Positions 8,124 to 17,964 of a stretch of 39,272 bases of DNA are shown in pieces. The position numbers and the translations under genes were made by a program. Position 1 is the first letter of the stretch. Each line of letters opens with the position of its first letter. Below the pieces are notes generated by a model, which saw only the letters and a program-made list of their open reading frames with translations, did not search any database and was not told where the DNA came from. Source of the stretch: a virus (Duplodnaviria > Heunggongvirae > Uroviricota > Caudoviricetes); the IMG/VR virus record IMGVR_UViG_3300032272_000001, positions 1-39,272 of that record. One strand, 5' to 3'.

Positions 8124-8968
8124 TGTCATTATACGGTAATAGTCCCTATTATTTAGGTTCATTAAAAAATTATGTCGTGTATTTTGGCAGAATATTTAAT
8201 GATATAAGAATAACAAGAAATAATGAAGATGGCGAACAAGATACTCTTGTTCGTGTCCCATTAAGTTATTCTGGACGCGACAAAAATTTATTACGAGTTG
8301 ATATCAAAGATGGTTCTCCTGAAATGGAGAACTGCCCACCAGGATTTTTAGTTTTTCCGCATATGGGTTTCGAAATGACTGGAATGGAATATGATTCGGA
8401 CCGAAATCAAGGAATACATAACAAAATTGTTCGTAAGAACGATGATGATTTAGATACAGTAAAAAGAGTATTTTCACCAGCACCATATAATTTATCATTT
8501 TCTTTATATGTGATGTCAAAGAACATAGAAGATGGTAATAAAATCATAGAACAAATTGTACCGTTTTTCAAGCCTCATTTTACATCTTCTGTAAAAATTT
8601 CTAATGATCCTAATATAGACATTACTATGGATATACCAGTAAATCTAGATTCCATCACATTCGAAGATAAATTTAGAGGGGAATTGACAGAAAGACGAAA
8701 TGTTTTTTGGACATTAAATTTTACGATGTCTGCATATTTCTATGGTCCTCAAACCACAAAACCAATCATCAAATCTTCGGATATGAATTTTTATGTTGGT
8801 AATACATCAACTACAAATACAGCTGTGATGTCAGTAACCGTAACTCCTGGATTGGATGCAAATGGTAATCCAACATCAAATAGTGCTGTAACCATACCAT
8901 CTGCAAACATTGCTATAGATTCTGACTTTGGATACATAGAATCTTGGAGCGACGAAACAGATACTTAA
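8123..8968 (+). CDS. gp15: Tail sheath stabilizer/terminator gp15
   Basis: FGRIFNDI, VPLSY, PAPYNLSFSL, IIEQIVPFFKP, WTLNFT; synteny. Confidence 0.92.
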   Translation: MSLYGNSPYYLGSLKNYVVYFGRIFNDIRITRNNEDGEQDTLVRVPLSYSGRDKNLLRVDIKDGSPEMENCPPGFLVFPHMGFEMTGMEYDSDRNQGIHNKIVRKNDDDLDTVKRVFSPAPYNLSFSLYVMSKNIEDGNKIIEQIVPFFKPHFTSSVKISNDPNIDITMDIPVNLDSITFEDKFRGELTERRNVFWTLNFTMSAYFYGPQTTKPIIKSSDMNFYVGNTSTTNTAVMSVTVTPGLDANGNPTSNSAVTIPSANIAIDSDFGYIESWSDETDT

Positions 8969-8978
8969 AGGATAAATA

Positions 8979-9377
8979 ATGAATAACGATATAGCTGAAC
9001 ATTTTGATCTTGAACCTATCGAACCAAAAGAAATTGTTGTCCCAAACAAAATCAATAATGTTTCTGATACAAACGAACAATATGAAGAAGCACATAAAAA
9101 TATAAAAACAATTGCTGATATAGGCGAATCTATGCTTATGGAATTATCTGTTCTTTTCTCTCATACAGAAGATCCGAAAATAATGGAAGCTTTCACCAAA
9201 CTTATGAAAGAAGTTGTATCAGCAAATGAAAAATTAGTCGAACTAAAAGGCAAAAAACTTGAAGTTGAAAAGGCAGAAGGTATTGCACCAATAGCAGAAA
9301 AACCTGATGTTGTCAATAACAATCTTTTTGTTGGTTCTACAGCAGAAATGTTGCAAAAAATAAAAGATTTGGAATAA
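8979..9377 (+). CDS. gp16: Terminase small subunit gp16
   Basis: Helical core and C-terminal NNNLFVGSTAEM; immediately upstream of gp17. Confidence 0.88.
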   Translation: MNNDIAEHFDLEPIEPKEIVVPNKINNVSDTNEQYEEAHKNIKTIADIGESMLMELSVLFSHTEDPKIMEAFTKLMKEVVSANEKLVELKGKKLEVEKAEGIAPIAEKPDVVNNNLFVGSTAEMLQKIKDLE

Positions 9378-12131
9378 ATGACCAAAAAAGCATTAAAATT
9401 TGATGATGAAATAGGAGATTTAGAAGGTTTTCGTGGTTCCAAATTATTAAAAAAAGCTGGAACTGATATCGTATGGACTATTGAACTATGGTCAGAATTT
9501 CAAAAATGTAAAAATGATCCTATATACTTCGCTGAAAATTATATGAAAGTTGTTCATGTCGATAGAGGCATTGAAACAATTCATTTATATGAATATCAAA
9601 AAGAAATTATACGAAGTGTTTGGAAAGAATCAAGAACAATCGCAGAATGTGCCAGACAAAGCGGCAAAACTACGGCATTGACTGTTATAATTCTTTGGTA
9701 TGTTATTTTTCATCAACACAAAGTTGTTGCTATTCTTGCTAACCGTGGCGAAACAGCACAAGAAATTCTTAACAGAATTCAAATCGCATATGAAAATTTA
9801 CCACATTGGTTACAACAAGGTGTTGTTGAATGGAACAAACAGAAAATTGTTCTTGAAAACAAATCTGTAATATTTTCTAACTCAACATCAAAAAACGCTA
9901 TTCGTGGCTATTCTGTAAATCTTCTTTTTGTTGATGAAGTTGCTGCTGTTGATAATTGGGATGATTTTTGGGGTTCGGTTTCTCCAGTTGTTTCTTCTGG
10001 TAAAACAACAAAAATTGTTCTTGTATCAACTGTTAATGGCCTAAATCATTTTTACAAATTTACTAGTTTAGCAAGATCAGGAAAAAGTGAATACAATCTA
10101 ATTTCTGTGACATGGCGTGATGTTCCGGGAAGAGATGAAGCTTGGAAACAAACAACGCTTTCGGATCTTAACTTCGATGAAGAAAAATTCAGACAAGAAT
10201 TTGAAAACGAATATATGGGTTCTTCAGGAACTCTTATAAGCGGCACTAAACTAAAAGCTCTTGTTGAAGGTATTATACTACCATCACAAAGCCAAGCTGG
10301 CGTCAAGATGTATGAATCATATATTAAAGAAAATGAATATGTAATTATCGTTGATGTTAGTCGAGGTAAGGGACTTGATTATTCAGCATTTCATGTAATT
10401 AATATAACAAAAATGCCTTACAAACAAGTAATGTCTTTCCGAGATAATTTTGTCACTCCAGTAGAATTAGCACAGATTGTTCATCGATTCAGCATCATGT
10501 ATGGAAATGCTCATGTTCTTGTAGAAACTAATGATATTGGTCAACAAGTTGGTGATCTTTTGTATTATGATTTCGAATGCGAAAATCTTTTATTTACAGA
10601 TAACCAAGGCGCAAAAGGCAAGGTCATCACCACTGGTATGAAAACAAGTACCGATAAAGGTGTTCGTACAACAAAAACAGTTAAAAATGTTGGTTGTTCT
10701 ATTTTAAAACTTCTTATTGAACAAGACCAACTAATCATTCAAGATCAAGACACGATTAATGAACTAACCACATTTTCCAGAAAAGCACATTCATATGAAG
10801 CCGAATCCGGTCATCACGATGATTTGGTTATGTGTCTACACAGAAGAAACATAATAGAAACAGAAGACGGACCAAAAACAATAAAATGGATAGTAGATAA
10901 TAAATATAAAGGGAAAGTCTTATCATATAATAAAAATGGTGTTGCTGAATGGAATTCAGTAACTAACCATATATCAAGAACAAATAAAACCAAAAAATGG
11001 ATTAGTATTGGCGAGAGTCTATCAGGAAGAAAAAGATTATATTGCACCACAGACCACAAATGTGCATATATTCCAGATATAATGAAACCATCAATAGAAT
11101 ATATAGAAGCAGAAAAATGTGATAATAAATATCTCGTAAAAATTCCCAACAATAATGAAAAAGGGTTTCAAAAAAGAAATCCTTTATTCAATGATGATCA
11201 ATTATCATCTATGATAGGGATGCTTCTAGGAGATGCATCAATAAGCAAAAATTATCAGTTTAGCACTACACACTGTAAAGAACATTATGAATACACAAAA
11301 TATATTCATGAAATTTTTGGTGGAACCATATACAAAAACAAAGAAAAACAAAGAAAAACAAAAACAACACAACCATACACAAATCAAATACCATCAAATG
11401 GGCAAATACATCATTTGAGAGATATTATGTATATAGATGGCATTAAAAAAGTTGATAATATATTAAAATACATAACACCAATATCACTAGCTTTTTGGTA
11501 TATGGATGATGGATCAAGGCATAATAAAAATGAAATTGGCGGAAGATCTTCCGCCATCTTATGCACAGATTCATTTACTGTAGATGAACATCACAAAATT
11601 ATTGACATGTTTAAAACCAAATTTGGTTTAGATTGTTATATACAATACTCGAACAACAAACCAAGAATAAAATTTAACGTCAATGAAAGCGAAAAATTTT
11701 GGGAATTGATTGCACCTTATATACATCCAATAATGGGATATAAAATACCCCATCGTTTTCATAAAAAACAAAAAAAATTAAATAACACATATCTACAATA
11801 TTGTGGCAGCAAATCATATACATACAATTTACCAATAAAGGGATATGAGAGTAAACTATACGATATAACTGTTGAAAATAATCATAATTTTGTTGCAAAC
11901 GAAACCCTTGTTCATAATTGCTTAGTTTTGTTTGCGTGGTTAACCGAACAACAATATTTTAAAATGTTAACGGACATACACACTCTAATGAAAATCAGAG
12001 AAAGAACAGAAGCAGAAATGGAAGATAATTTGGTTCCATTTGGTGTTGTTGATTATGGTAATACTGATGATCTGTTGAGTCTTGATTTAGAATTACATAA
12101 ACACGACGATTATTGGATGTTGGCTGATTAG
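9378..12131 (+). CDS. gp17: Terminase large subunit gp17 (555-aa extein) interrupted by an intein
   Basis: Walker A RQSGKTT, Walker B LLFVDE, VSTVNG, nuclease motifs VDVSRG and HDDLVM|CLVLFAW. Confidence 0.96.
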   Translation: MTKKALKFDDEIGDLEGFRGSKLLKKAGTDIVWTIELWSEFQKCKNDPIYFAENYMKVVHVDRGIETIHLYEYQKEIIRSVWKESRTIAECARQSGKTTALTVIILWYVIFHQHKVVAILANRGETAQEILNRIQIAYENLPHWLQQGVVEWNKQKIVLENKSVIFSNSTSKNAIRGYSVNLLFVDEVAAVDNWDDFWGSVSPVVSSGKTTKIVLVSTVNGLNHFYKFTSLARSGKSEYNLISVTWRDVPGRDEAWKQTTLSDLNFDEEKFRQEFENEYMGSSGTLISGTKLKALVEGIILPSQSQAGVKMYESYIKENEYVIIVDVSRGKGLDYSAFHVINITKMPYKQVMSFRDNFVTPVELAQIVHRFSIMYGNAHVLVETNDIGQQVGDLLYYDFECENLLFTDNQGAKGKVITTGMKTSTDKGVRTTKTVKNVGCSILKLLIEQDQLIIQDQDTINELTTFSRKAHSYEAESGHHDDLVMCLHRRNIIETEDGPKTIKWIVDNKYKGKVLSYNKNGVAEWNSVTNHISRTNKTKKWISIGESLSGRKRLYCTTDHKCAYIPDIMKPSIEYIEAEKCDNKYLVKIPNNNEKGFQKRNPLFNDDQLSSMIGMLLGDASISKNYQFSTTHCKEHYEYTKYIHEIFGGTIYKNKEKQRKTKTTQPYTNQIPSNGQIHHLRDIMYIDGIKKVDNILKYITPISLAFWYMDDGSRHNKNEIGGRSSAILCTDSFTVDEHHKIIDMFKTKFGLDCYIQYSNNKPRIKFNVNESEKFWELIAPYIHPIMGYKIPHRFHKKQKKLNNTYLQYCGSKSYTYNLPIKGYESKLYDITVENNHNFVANETLVHNCLVLFAWLTEQQYFKMLTDIHTLMKIRERTEAEMEDNLVPFGVVDYGNTDDLLSLDLELHKHDDYWMLAD
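10833..11918 (+). mobile_element. Intein (362 aa) with LAGLIDADG homing endonuclease
   Basis: Begins CLHRRNIIETEDG; block B CTTDH; LAGLIDADG motifs GMLLGDASI and AFWYMDDGS; block F LYDITVENNHNF; ends VHN followed by a +1 Cys. Confidence 0.95.
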
Positions 12132-12144
12132 AAAGTGCCATTTT

Positions 12145-12152
12145 GATAAATA
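12145..12152 (+). promoter_or_regulatory. Late promoter variant GATAAATA for gp18
   Basis: Intergenic, 47 nt before the ATG, with a TAAGGAG SD. Confidence 0.55.
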
Positions 12153-12199
12153 TATATGAAATTTATAATCAATAACCATTCCAATAAGGAGTTAAATAA

Positions 12200-14680
12200 A
12201 TGGCTACTTCTCTGATTTCTCCCGGTGTAGAAGTAAGGGAGCATAATCTAACAACAATTGCTCCAAATGTTTCTACTACTGAAGGTGTTATTTCTGGTGT
12301 TTTTCGTTGGGGTCCAATGGATACACGTATACTTGTCGATTCTGAAGTTAATTTAGTACAAAGATTCGGAAAACCTACAAATCTCAATCCAGAAACTTTT
12401 TTTGTTGGTGCTTCATTTTTAGCATATGGCAATCAATTGTATACGACACGTGTCGGCAACACTGCCGGTGTCTCACCAATAGTTTCTGCAAACGTAACAA
12501 ATGCTGTTGCGAACGTAATTCTGGCGACTGGTAACACAGATTCGCTGGAGGTTGGTATGTTTGTCATCAATTCTTCTGGTGGTGGTCTTGTTAATGGCGC
12601 AACGATTTCATCCATCATCAACACAACAGCCTTTGCTATTGATACGGCTGGTGAAGCTATCGCTAATACTGTAGCAGATTCTATTCAATTTGTTTCTAAT
12701 ACAGCATTTTCTGCTATTGCGAATACAGGTTCTGTAGCAAATCTTGAATATTCAACAATCAAAAATAGTGATGATTGGGATTTAAAAGATGGTACGATAG
12801 ATACTGATGTTTCATGGATTGCAAAATATCCTGGCGAAATTGGCGACTCTCTTCGTGTTTCTGTTTGTGGTAATTCAGATGGCTTTTCAAGTACTTTGAA
12901 TCTAGCTTCTTATAGTACACTAACATATCTATCCGTCAATACAAATTCTAATACAGCCAATGTTAATTTCATTGATTCTAATGTTGCTGCATCTGCAAAT
13001 GCTCTTTCGTTTCGCGCATTAATTAATGATACTGATTTGATCAGAGTTGGTAATACGACTATAGGAGAACAATTCCTTAAAGTTATTTCTCTTTCAAACA
13101 CTGTTTCTTATGGTACTGTTGCAAATACATATGCTTTGACGACTACTGTTAGTAACACTACGATTGTTTCGAATAACACTACTGGTCTTGCTGTTGGTAT
13201 GGAAATAACAGCCGGTAACAATTCATTAACTGGATTGCAAATAACTTCGGTTACTAACTCAACAGCATTTGTTGTTGATAGCGCGCCGTCCGTTGCAGTT
13301 ACTGCTGATACTCATACAATTACACCAAGAGCAACCTTCAAAATTAATTTTGAAGATAGATATAGTCTTTCTAATGACTATGAATTCCGTTCATCGAATG
13401 CTTCGACTCGTGATGTTTCTCGTTTTTGGGAATTTCATAACTTTATTGATCTGGCACCATCACAATCCAGTTATCAAACAGCTTTTGGTAATTCATCTAT
13501 AAATAACGATGAAATTCATGTTGTTGTTACTGATAATGATGGTAAATTTACTGGTGTTCCTGGAACGGTTCTTGAAGCATATGATAGTCTTTCTCTGGCA
13601 ACAGACGCAAAAACAATAGATGGTTCTGGCAATCATTGGAAAGATATAATCAATCAAAATTCGCAATATGTTTGGATTGCGAATGATTTAGCGGGCGCAA
13701 CATCAAATACAGCATCAAATCTTACAGATTCTACGCTTGATGTTTTGGTCCAAGATCTCAATTACGGTAATGATGGTAAAGATGAATCAAATATCGAAAT
13801 TGGTCTTCTTACAAGCGGTTATGATAAGTATAGATCTCCAGAAGATGTTGCTGATATTGCTCTTGTTATGCAAGGCAAAGCCCGTGGCTTCACTTTAGCT
13901 AATTATCTAACAGATAATATTTGTGGTATCAGAAAAGATTGTATTGCTCTCATTTCGCCTCAAAAAGAAGATGTTGTCAACAACACTGGTAATGAAAAAG
14001 ACGCCATTATTGCATTCAGAAATAATCTTCGTTCAACATCATATGGTGTTCATGATTCTGGATACAAATATATGTATGATCGTTACAACGATATATATCG
14101 TTGGGTTCCGTTGAATGGTGATACTGCTGGTTTATGTGTCCGTACAGATAGAACAAATGGACCACACTACTCACCAGCTGGTCTTAATCGTGGTCAAATC
14201 AGAAACATCGTTAAATTGGCTTGGAATCCAAGACAGGCTGACCGTGATGAACTATACAAAAATGGTATCAATCCAGTTGTTACTTTTCCTGGACAAGGTG
14301 CTGTGTTGTATGGCGATAAGACTATGCTTTCTAAACCTTCAGCATTTGATAGAATTAACGTTCGTAGAATGTTTATTTTCATTGAAAAAAGAATTTCTAG
14401 GGCAGCTAAATATTCATTGTTCGAATTCAATGATGAATTTACAAGGTTGCAATTCAAGAGTCTTGTCATACCAGTATTAAGAGATATGCAAGGTGCTAGA
14501 GGCATTACAGATTTCCTTGTAATTGCTGATGAAACAAACAATCCTGGTTCTGTTGTTGATGCTAATGAATTTGTTGGTGATATGTATATTAAACCAGCCA
14601 GAAGCATTAACTTTATCAGATTGAATTTCGTGGCTGTTGGTACAGATGTAGCATTCTCCGAAGTAGTTGGATCTTTCTAA
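12200..14680 (+). CDS. gp18: Tail sheath protein gp18, enlarged to 826 aa
   Basis: SPGVEVRE, FRWGP, KYPGEIG, SPAGLNRG, LYGDKT, FDRINVRR, KPARSINFIRLNFVA. Confidence 0.97.
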   Translation: MATSLISPGVEVREHNLTTIAPNVSTTEGVISGVFRWGPMDTRILVDSEVNLVQRFGKPTNLNPETFFVGASFLAYGNQLYTTRVGNTAGVSPIVSANVTNAVANVILATGNTDSLEVGMFVINSSGGGLVNGATISSIINTTAFAIDTAGEAIANTVADSIQFVSNTAFSAIANTGSVANLEYSTIKNSDDWDLKDGTIDTDVSWIAKYPGEIGDSLRVSVCGNSDGFSSTLNLASYSTLTYLSVNTNSNTANVNFIDSNVAASANALSFRALINDTDLIRVGNTTIGEQFLKVISLSNTVSYGTVANTYALTTTVSNTTIVSNNTTGLAVGMEITAGNNSLTGLQITSVTNSTAFVVDSAPSVAVTADTHTITPRATFKINFEDRYSLSNDYEFRSSNASTRDVSRFWEFHNFIDLAPSQSSYQTAFGNSSINNDEIHVVVTDNDGKFTGVPGTVLEAYDSLSLATDAKTIDGSGNHWKDIINQNSQYVWIANDLAGATSNTASNLTDSTLDVLVQDLNYGNDGKDESNIEIGLLTSGYDKYRSPEDVADIALVMQGKARGFTLANYLTDNICGIRKDCIALISPQKEDVVNNTGNEKDAIIAFRNNLRSTSYGVHDSGYKYMYDRYNDIYRWVPLNGDTAGLCVRTDRTNGPHYSPAGLNRGQIRNIVKLAWNPRQADRDELYKNGINPVVTFPGQGAVLYGDKTMLSKPSAFDRINVRRMFIFIEKRISRAAKYSLFEFNDEFTRLQFKSLVIPVLRDMQGARGITDFLVIADETNNPGSVVDANEFVGDMYIKPARSINFIRLNFVAVGTDVAFSEVVGSF

Positions 14681-14698
14681 AAATATATAAACAATTAA

Positions 14699-14722
14699 AG
14701 GTTGGGGAAATTTCCCCAACCT
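14699..14722. terminator. Palindromic hairpin between gp18 and gp19
   Basis: Perfect 24-bp palindrome aggttggggaaatttccccaacct; no U tract on the + strand. Confidence 0.55.
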
Positions 14723-14741
14723 AATAGATAAAAAAGAACAT

Positions 14742-14749
14742 TATAAATA
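14742..14749 (+). promoter_or_regulatory. Late promoter TATAAATA for gp19
   Basis: Exact consensus, intergenic. Confidence 0.8.
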
Positions 14750-14792
14750 CTAGGTATAGGTAAAAGATTTCATAATAAGGAGAAAAATAGAA

Positions 14793-15380
14793 ATGTCGTT
14801 TAATATCGAGGGATTTAAAGCCAATGGTTTGCCTGAAGGCGGATCACGGCCATCACTGTTTGAAGTGATTATTCCGGGATGGCCTGGTTCCGATGTTCAA
14901 GCAGAACAAGAATTTAGATTCAAATGCCGTGCTGCAAATATTCCACCTTCACAAATTGGGGCTGTTGATGTTCCATATTTTGGGCGGCGTATTAAATTGG
15001 CGGGTGATAGAGTTTATGCAGATTGGTCAATTACTCTAAATCATGATGAAGATCAAAATACACGCGAAGCGCTTGAACGGTGGCATGAAGGTATTAATGC
15101 GCATATTGAAAATGTCATGACTGGTGGTGTTTCTCCACAACCAAATTCGTATAAACGTGATGCTATTGTTAATCATTATTCAAAAAGTGGTGCTTTAATC
15201 AAATCATATACATTCAAAGGCATTTTTCCAATCACTATCACTCAGATGGGCTTGGATTGGGATGCTATCAATCAATATATGACTTTTGATATCGATTTTT
15301 CTATCGATTATTGGCTGCCAAACCTCGATACAGGTAATGCTACCACATCAACAGTAGATCTTCGCCAGCTTGGTGCATAA
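14793..15380 (+). CDS. gp19: Tail tube protein gp19
   Basis: GGSRPSLFEV, VPYFGRRIKLAGDRVYADW, GIFP, LDWD. Confidence 0.95.
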   Translation: MSFNIEGFKANGLPEGGSRPSLFEVIIPGWPGSDVQAEQEFRFKCRAANIPPSQIGAVDVPYFGRRIKLAGDRVYADWSITLNHDEDQNTREALERWHEGINAHIENVMTGGVSPQPNSYKRDAIVNHYSKSGALIKSYTFKGIFPITITQMGLDWDAINQYMTFDIDFSIDYWLPNLDTGNATTSTVDLRQLGA

Positions 15381-15386
15381 TTTAAT

Positions 15387-15410
15387 AATAGGGAATTATT
15401 TTCCCTATTT
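15387..15410 (+). terminator. Hairpin between gp19 and gp20 (terminator or attenuator)
   Basis: aatagggaa-ttatt-ttccctatt, immediately before the gp20 SD GGAGG. Confidence 0.5.
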
Positions 15411-15425
15411 GGAGGATAATATATA

Positions 15426-16991
15426 GTGCGAATTTTCGGATATGAGATAACAAGAGCAGAAGAACAAAAGACCAATGAAAGACCAACATTTTCAGAACCA
15501 ATCAAACAAGATGGTGCTGTTAATATTGCTGCTGGTAGTACCATCGGTAGTTATGTTGATCTTGAAGGAACAATCAAAACAGAAGCAGAACTAGTTTCTC
15601 GTTATCGTCAAATGATGATTCAACCAGAAATCGAAAAAGCAATTAATGAAATTGTTAATGAAGCTGTTGTTAAACAAGAAGGACAGCCAACATTAGAATT
15701 GATTCTACAAGATTCTGGTTTTAGCAAAGATGTTAAAAAGAAAATAATAGAAGAATTTGAATATATTTTGGACCTTTTGAATTTCGAAGATGAAGGCTAT
15801 GATATGTTTAAACGATGGTTTGTTGATGGTAGATCATATCATCAAGCAATAATCGATCGCAAAAATCCAAATGAAGGTATTCATGAATTACGTTATATAG
15901 ATCCAAGAAAAATACGTAAAATAAGAGAAGTTGCAAGAAAAAAAGATCCTATCACTCAAGTTATTATGACTCTAACAAAGTCAGAATATTATTTATATAA
16001 TGAAAAAGGTTTTAATACTGGTGGGGCAAAAACCGATTATTCTAATCATGGTATTAAAATAGCAAAAGATAGTATAATCCATTCTGTTTCTGGTCTTATG
16101 GATCAAAATAATACTATGTGTTTATCATATTTACATCCTGCAATCAAACCCCTAAATCAATTACGTGCTCTAGAAGACGCAACGCTGATTTACCATCTCT
16201 CAAGAGCACCGGAGAGAAGAGTATTTAAAGTTGATGTTGGTAATCTGCCAAAGGCAAGAGCAGAACAACATGTAAATGATATGATGACTAAATATAAGAA
16301 CAGAATTTCTTACAATTCAACTACTGGTGAAACGGCGGATCAACGCCAATTTATGCACATGAATGAAGATTTTTGGCTACCAACACGTGAGGGTGGTCGC
16401 GGTACAGAAATTGATGTTTTAGGTGCTGGTACAGCTCTTCCTGATTTAATTCAATCTGTAGAATACTTCCAAGATAGATTATATAGGGCATTAAGTGTTC
16501 CTCTTACAAGAATGAAACCAGATGCTGTATATAATCTTGGTAGAGCTACCGAAATTACAAGAGATGAAGTAAATTTTTCCAAATTTATTGATAGACTTCG
16601 CAATAAATTTATTTCCCTTATAGTCAATTCTCTGGAAAGACAATTAATTCTAAAAAATATAACTACACCAGAAGATTGGGAAGCAAATATTAAGAAAAAT
16701 ATCAAATTCAAATGGGCAAGAGATAATCATTTCACAGAATTAAAAGATCAAGAGATAATGAATGAGCGTTTATTGAGGGTTCGCGATGCAGAAGATTATG
16801 CTGGTAAATATTTTTCTCACGAATGGCTTAGAAGAACAATACTTCGCCAAACAGATGACGAGATGAAAGAACAAGATAAACTAATCAAATCAGAACAAGA
16901 TAATCTACAATATATGCCTCCTGAAGAAGATCAAAACGACTCAGAACCACCACAAATTCCAGATCCAATAATAGATCCACCAGAAAAATAG
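15426..16991 (+). CDS. gp20: Portal protein gp20
   Basis: WFVDGR, IDPRKI, SYLHPAIKPLNQL, RAPERRVF, EDFWLPTREGGRGTEI, EITRDE. Confidence 0.97.
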   Translation: MRIFGYEITRAEEQKTNERPTFSEPIKQDGAVNIAAGSTIGSYVDLEGTIKTEAELVSRYRQMMIQPEIEKAINEIVNEAVVKQEGQPTLELILQDSGFSKDVKKKIIEEFEYILDLLNFEDEGYDMFKRWFVDGRSYHQAIIDRKNPNEGIHELRYIDPRKIRKIREVARKKDPITQVIMTLTKSEYYLYNEKGFNTGGAKTDYSNHGIKIAKDSIIHSVSGLMDQNNTMCLSYLHPAIKPLNQLRALEDATLIYHLSRAPERRVFKVDVGNLPKARAEQHVNDMMTKYKNRISYNSTTGETADQRQFMHMNEDFWLPTREGGRGTEIDVLGAGTALPDLIQSVEYFQDRLYRALSVPLTRMKPDAVYNLGRATEITRDEVNFSKFIDRLRNKFISLIVNSLERQLILKNITTPEDWEANIKKNIKFKWARDNHFTELKDQEIMNERLLRVRDAEDYAGKYFSHEWLRRTILRQTDDEMKEQDKLIKSEQDNLQYMPPEEDQNDSEPPQIPDPIIDPPEK

Positions 16992-17000
16992 GAGATACCA

Positions 17001-17321
17001 ATGTCAGAAGCAGCAAAAAAGATTATTGAGGCTGTTATCAATAAAAAACCATTAGAAATTAAAGAACATGTTAATACTGTTCTTCGCGAAAAGGCAACCA
17101 AAATAGTTAATGATTCAGAAATTTATTTTGAAGAAGATACTGAAATAGAAGACGAGCTAACAGAAGAAGAAACTCTTGAATTAGAAAAATTCTTCGAAGA
17201 ATTTAAAGCTGAATATGGTCATCTTTCTGAAGAAGAGCAAGAAAAAATCCTTGTTGGTATTGAAGAAGATCTTCAAAAAGAAATAGAAGAAGAATTCAAT
17301 GAGGATGAGGATGTTGAATAA
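17001..17321 (+). CDS. Acidic prohead core protein, gp67-like
   Basis: Position after gp20; IIEAV...KPLEIK start and a very Glu-rich tail. Confidence 0.55.
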   Translation: MSEAAKKIIEAVINKKPLEIKEHVNTVLREKATKIVNDSEIYFEEDTEIEDELTEEETLELEKFFEEFKAEYGHLSEEEQEKILVGIEEDLQKEIEEEFNEDEDVE

Positions 17322-17554
17322 TGGCTAAACATTTAAGAGAAATTACAGAAGTTTATCAACCAAAACCAGAAGATGAAAAACGATTTGTTGCCAAACATGG
17401 TCGTGATGATTCTACTGGTAGATATCCTTTATTCAAAAATATGTATTCAAAAGAAGAATACGATAAACTTTTCAGAGGTAGTAAACCAACCATTGATCGT
17501 GAAAAAGAACGTCATGGTTACAATATCGGCAATGATGAAAAGCATTACGAATAG
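17321..17554 (+). CDS. Hypothetical head-region protein
   Basis: 77 aa, translationally coupled to the upstream gene, SD GAGG. Confidence 0.65.
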   Translation: MAKHLREITEVYQPKPEDEKRFVAKHGRDDSTGRYPLFKNMYSKEEYDKLFRGSKPTIDREKERHGYNIGNDEKHYE

Positions 17555-17562
17555 GGAAACAC

Positions 17563-17955
17563 ATGACATATAGAATTGTAAGAAACACAAGACAAAATGT
17601 ATTAATACTAGCAACCGCATCAAACACAGCAATAGTTGTTTCTGGCAATAATACAGATTCGGCGTTTGGTCTACCAAGTGAAACAGCAAATATTGCTGGC
17701 GTTCACATTAAACAAATTTGGTCAAGTTCCGATTCTGGTGCTGGTTCTAGTGCCTGGACAGTAGCGCGTGGCGCTAATACCGTATGGCAAATGGAATCTA
17801 CTGCATGGCATGACTTTGCTGGTAATGGGTGCACTATAACGTTAGATCAAGATGCGACTCTATCATTAACCAAAACAGGAACTATCGGAACTATCATGTT
17901 AGAACTACAGAAAATTTATTTGAATGGTTCTGAAGTTGGTTCCTCGGATTATTAA
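17563..17955 (+). CDS. Putative virion structural protein (beta-rich)
   Basis: Thr/Ser/Gly/Asn-rich 130 aa within the late operon. Confidence 0.6.
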   Translation: MTYRIVRNTRQNVLILATASNTAIVVSGNNTDSAFGLPSETANIAGVHIKQIWSSSDSGAGSSAWTVARGANTVWQMESTAWHDFAGNGCTITLDQDATLSLTKTGTIGTIMLELQKIYLNGSEVGSSDY

Positions 17956-17964
17956 GGAAAATCA

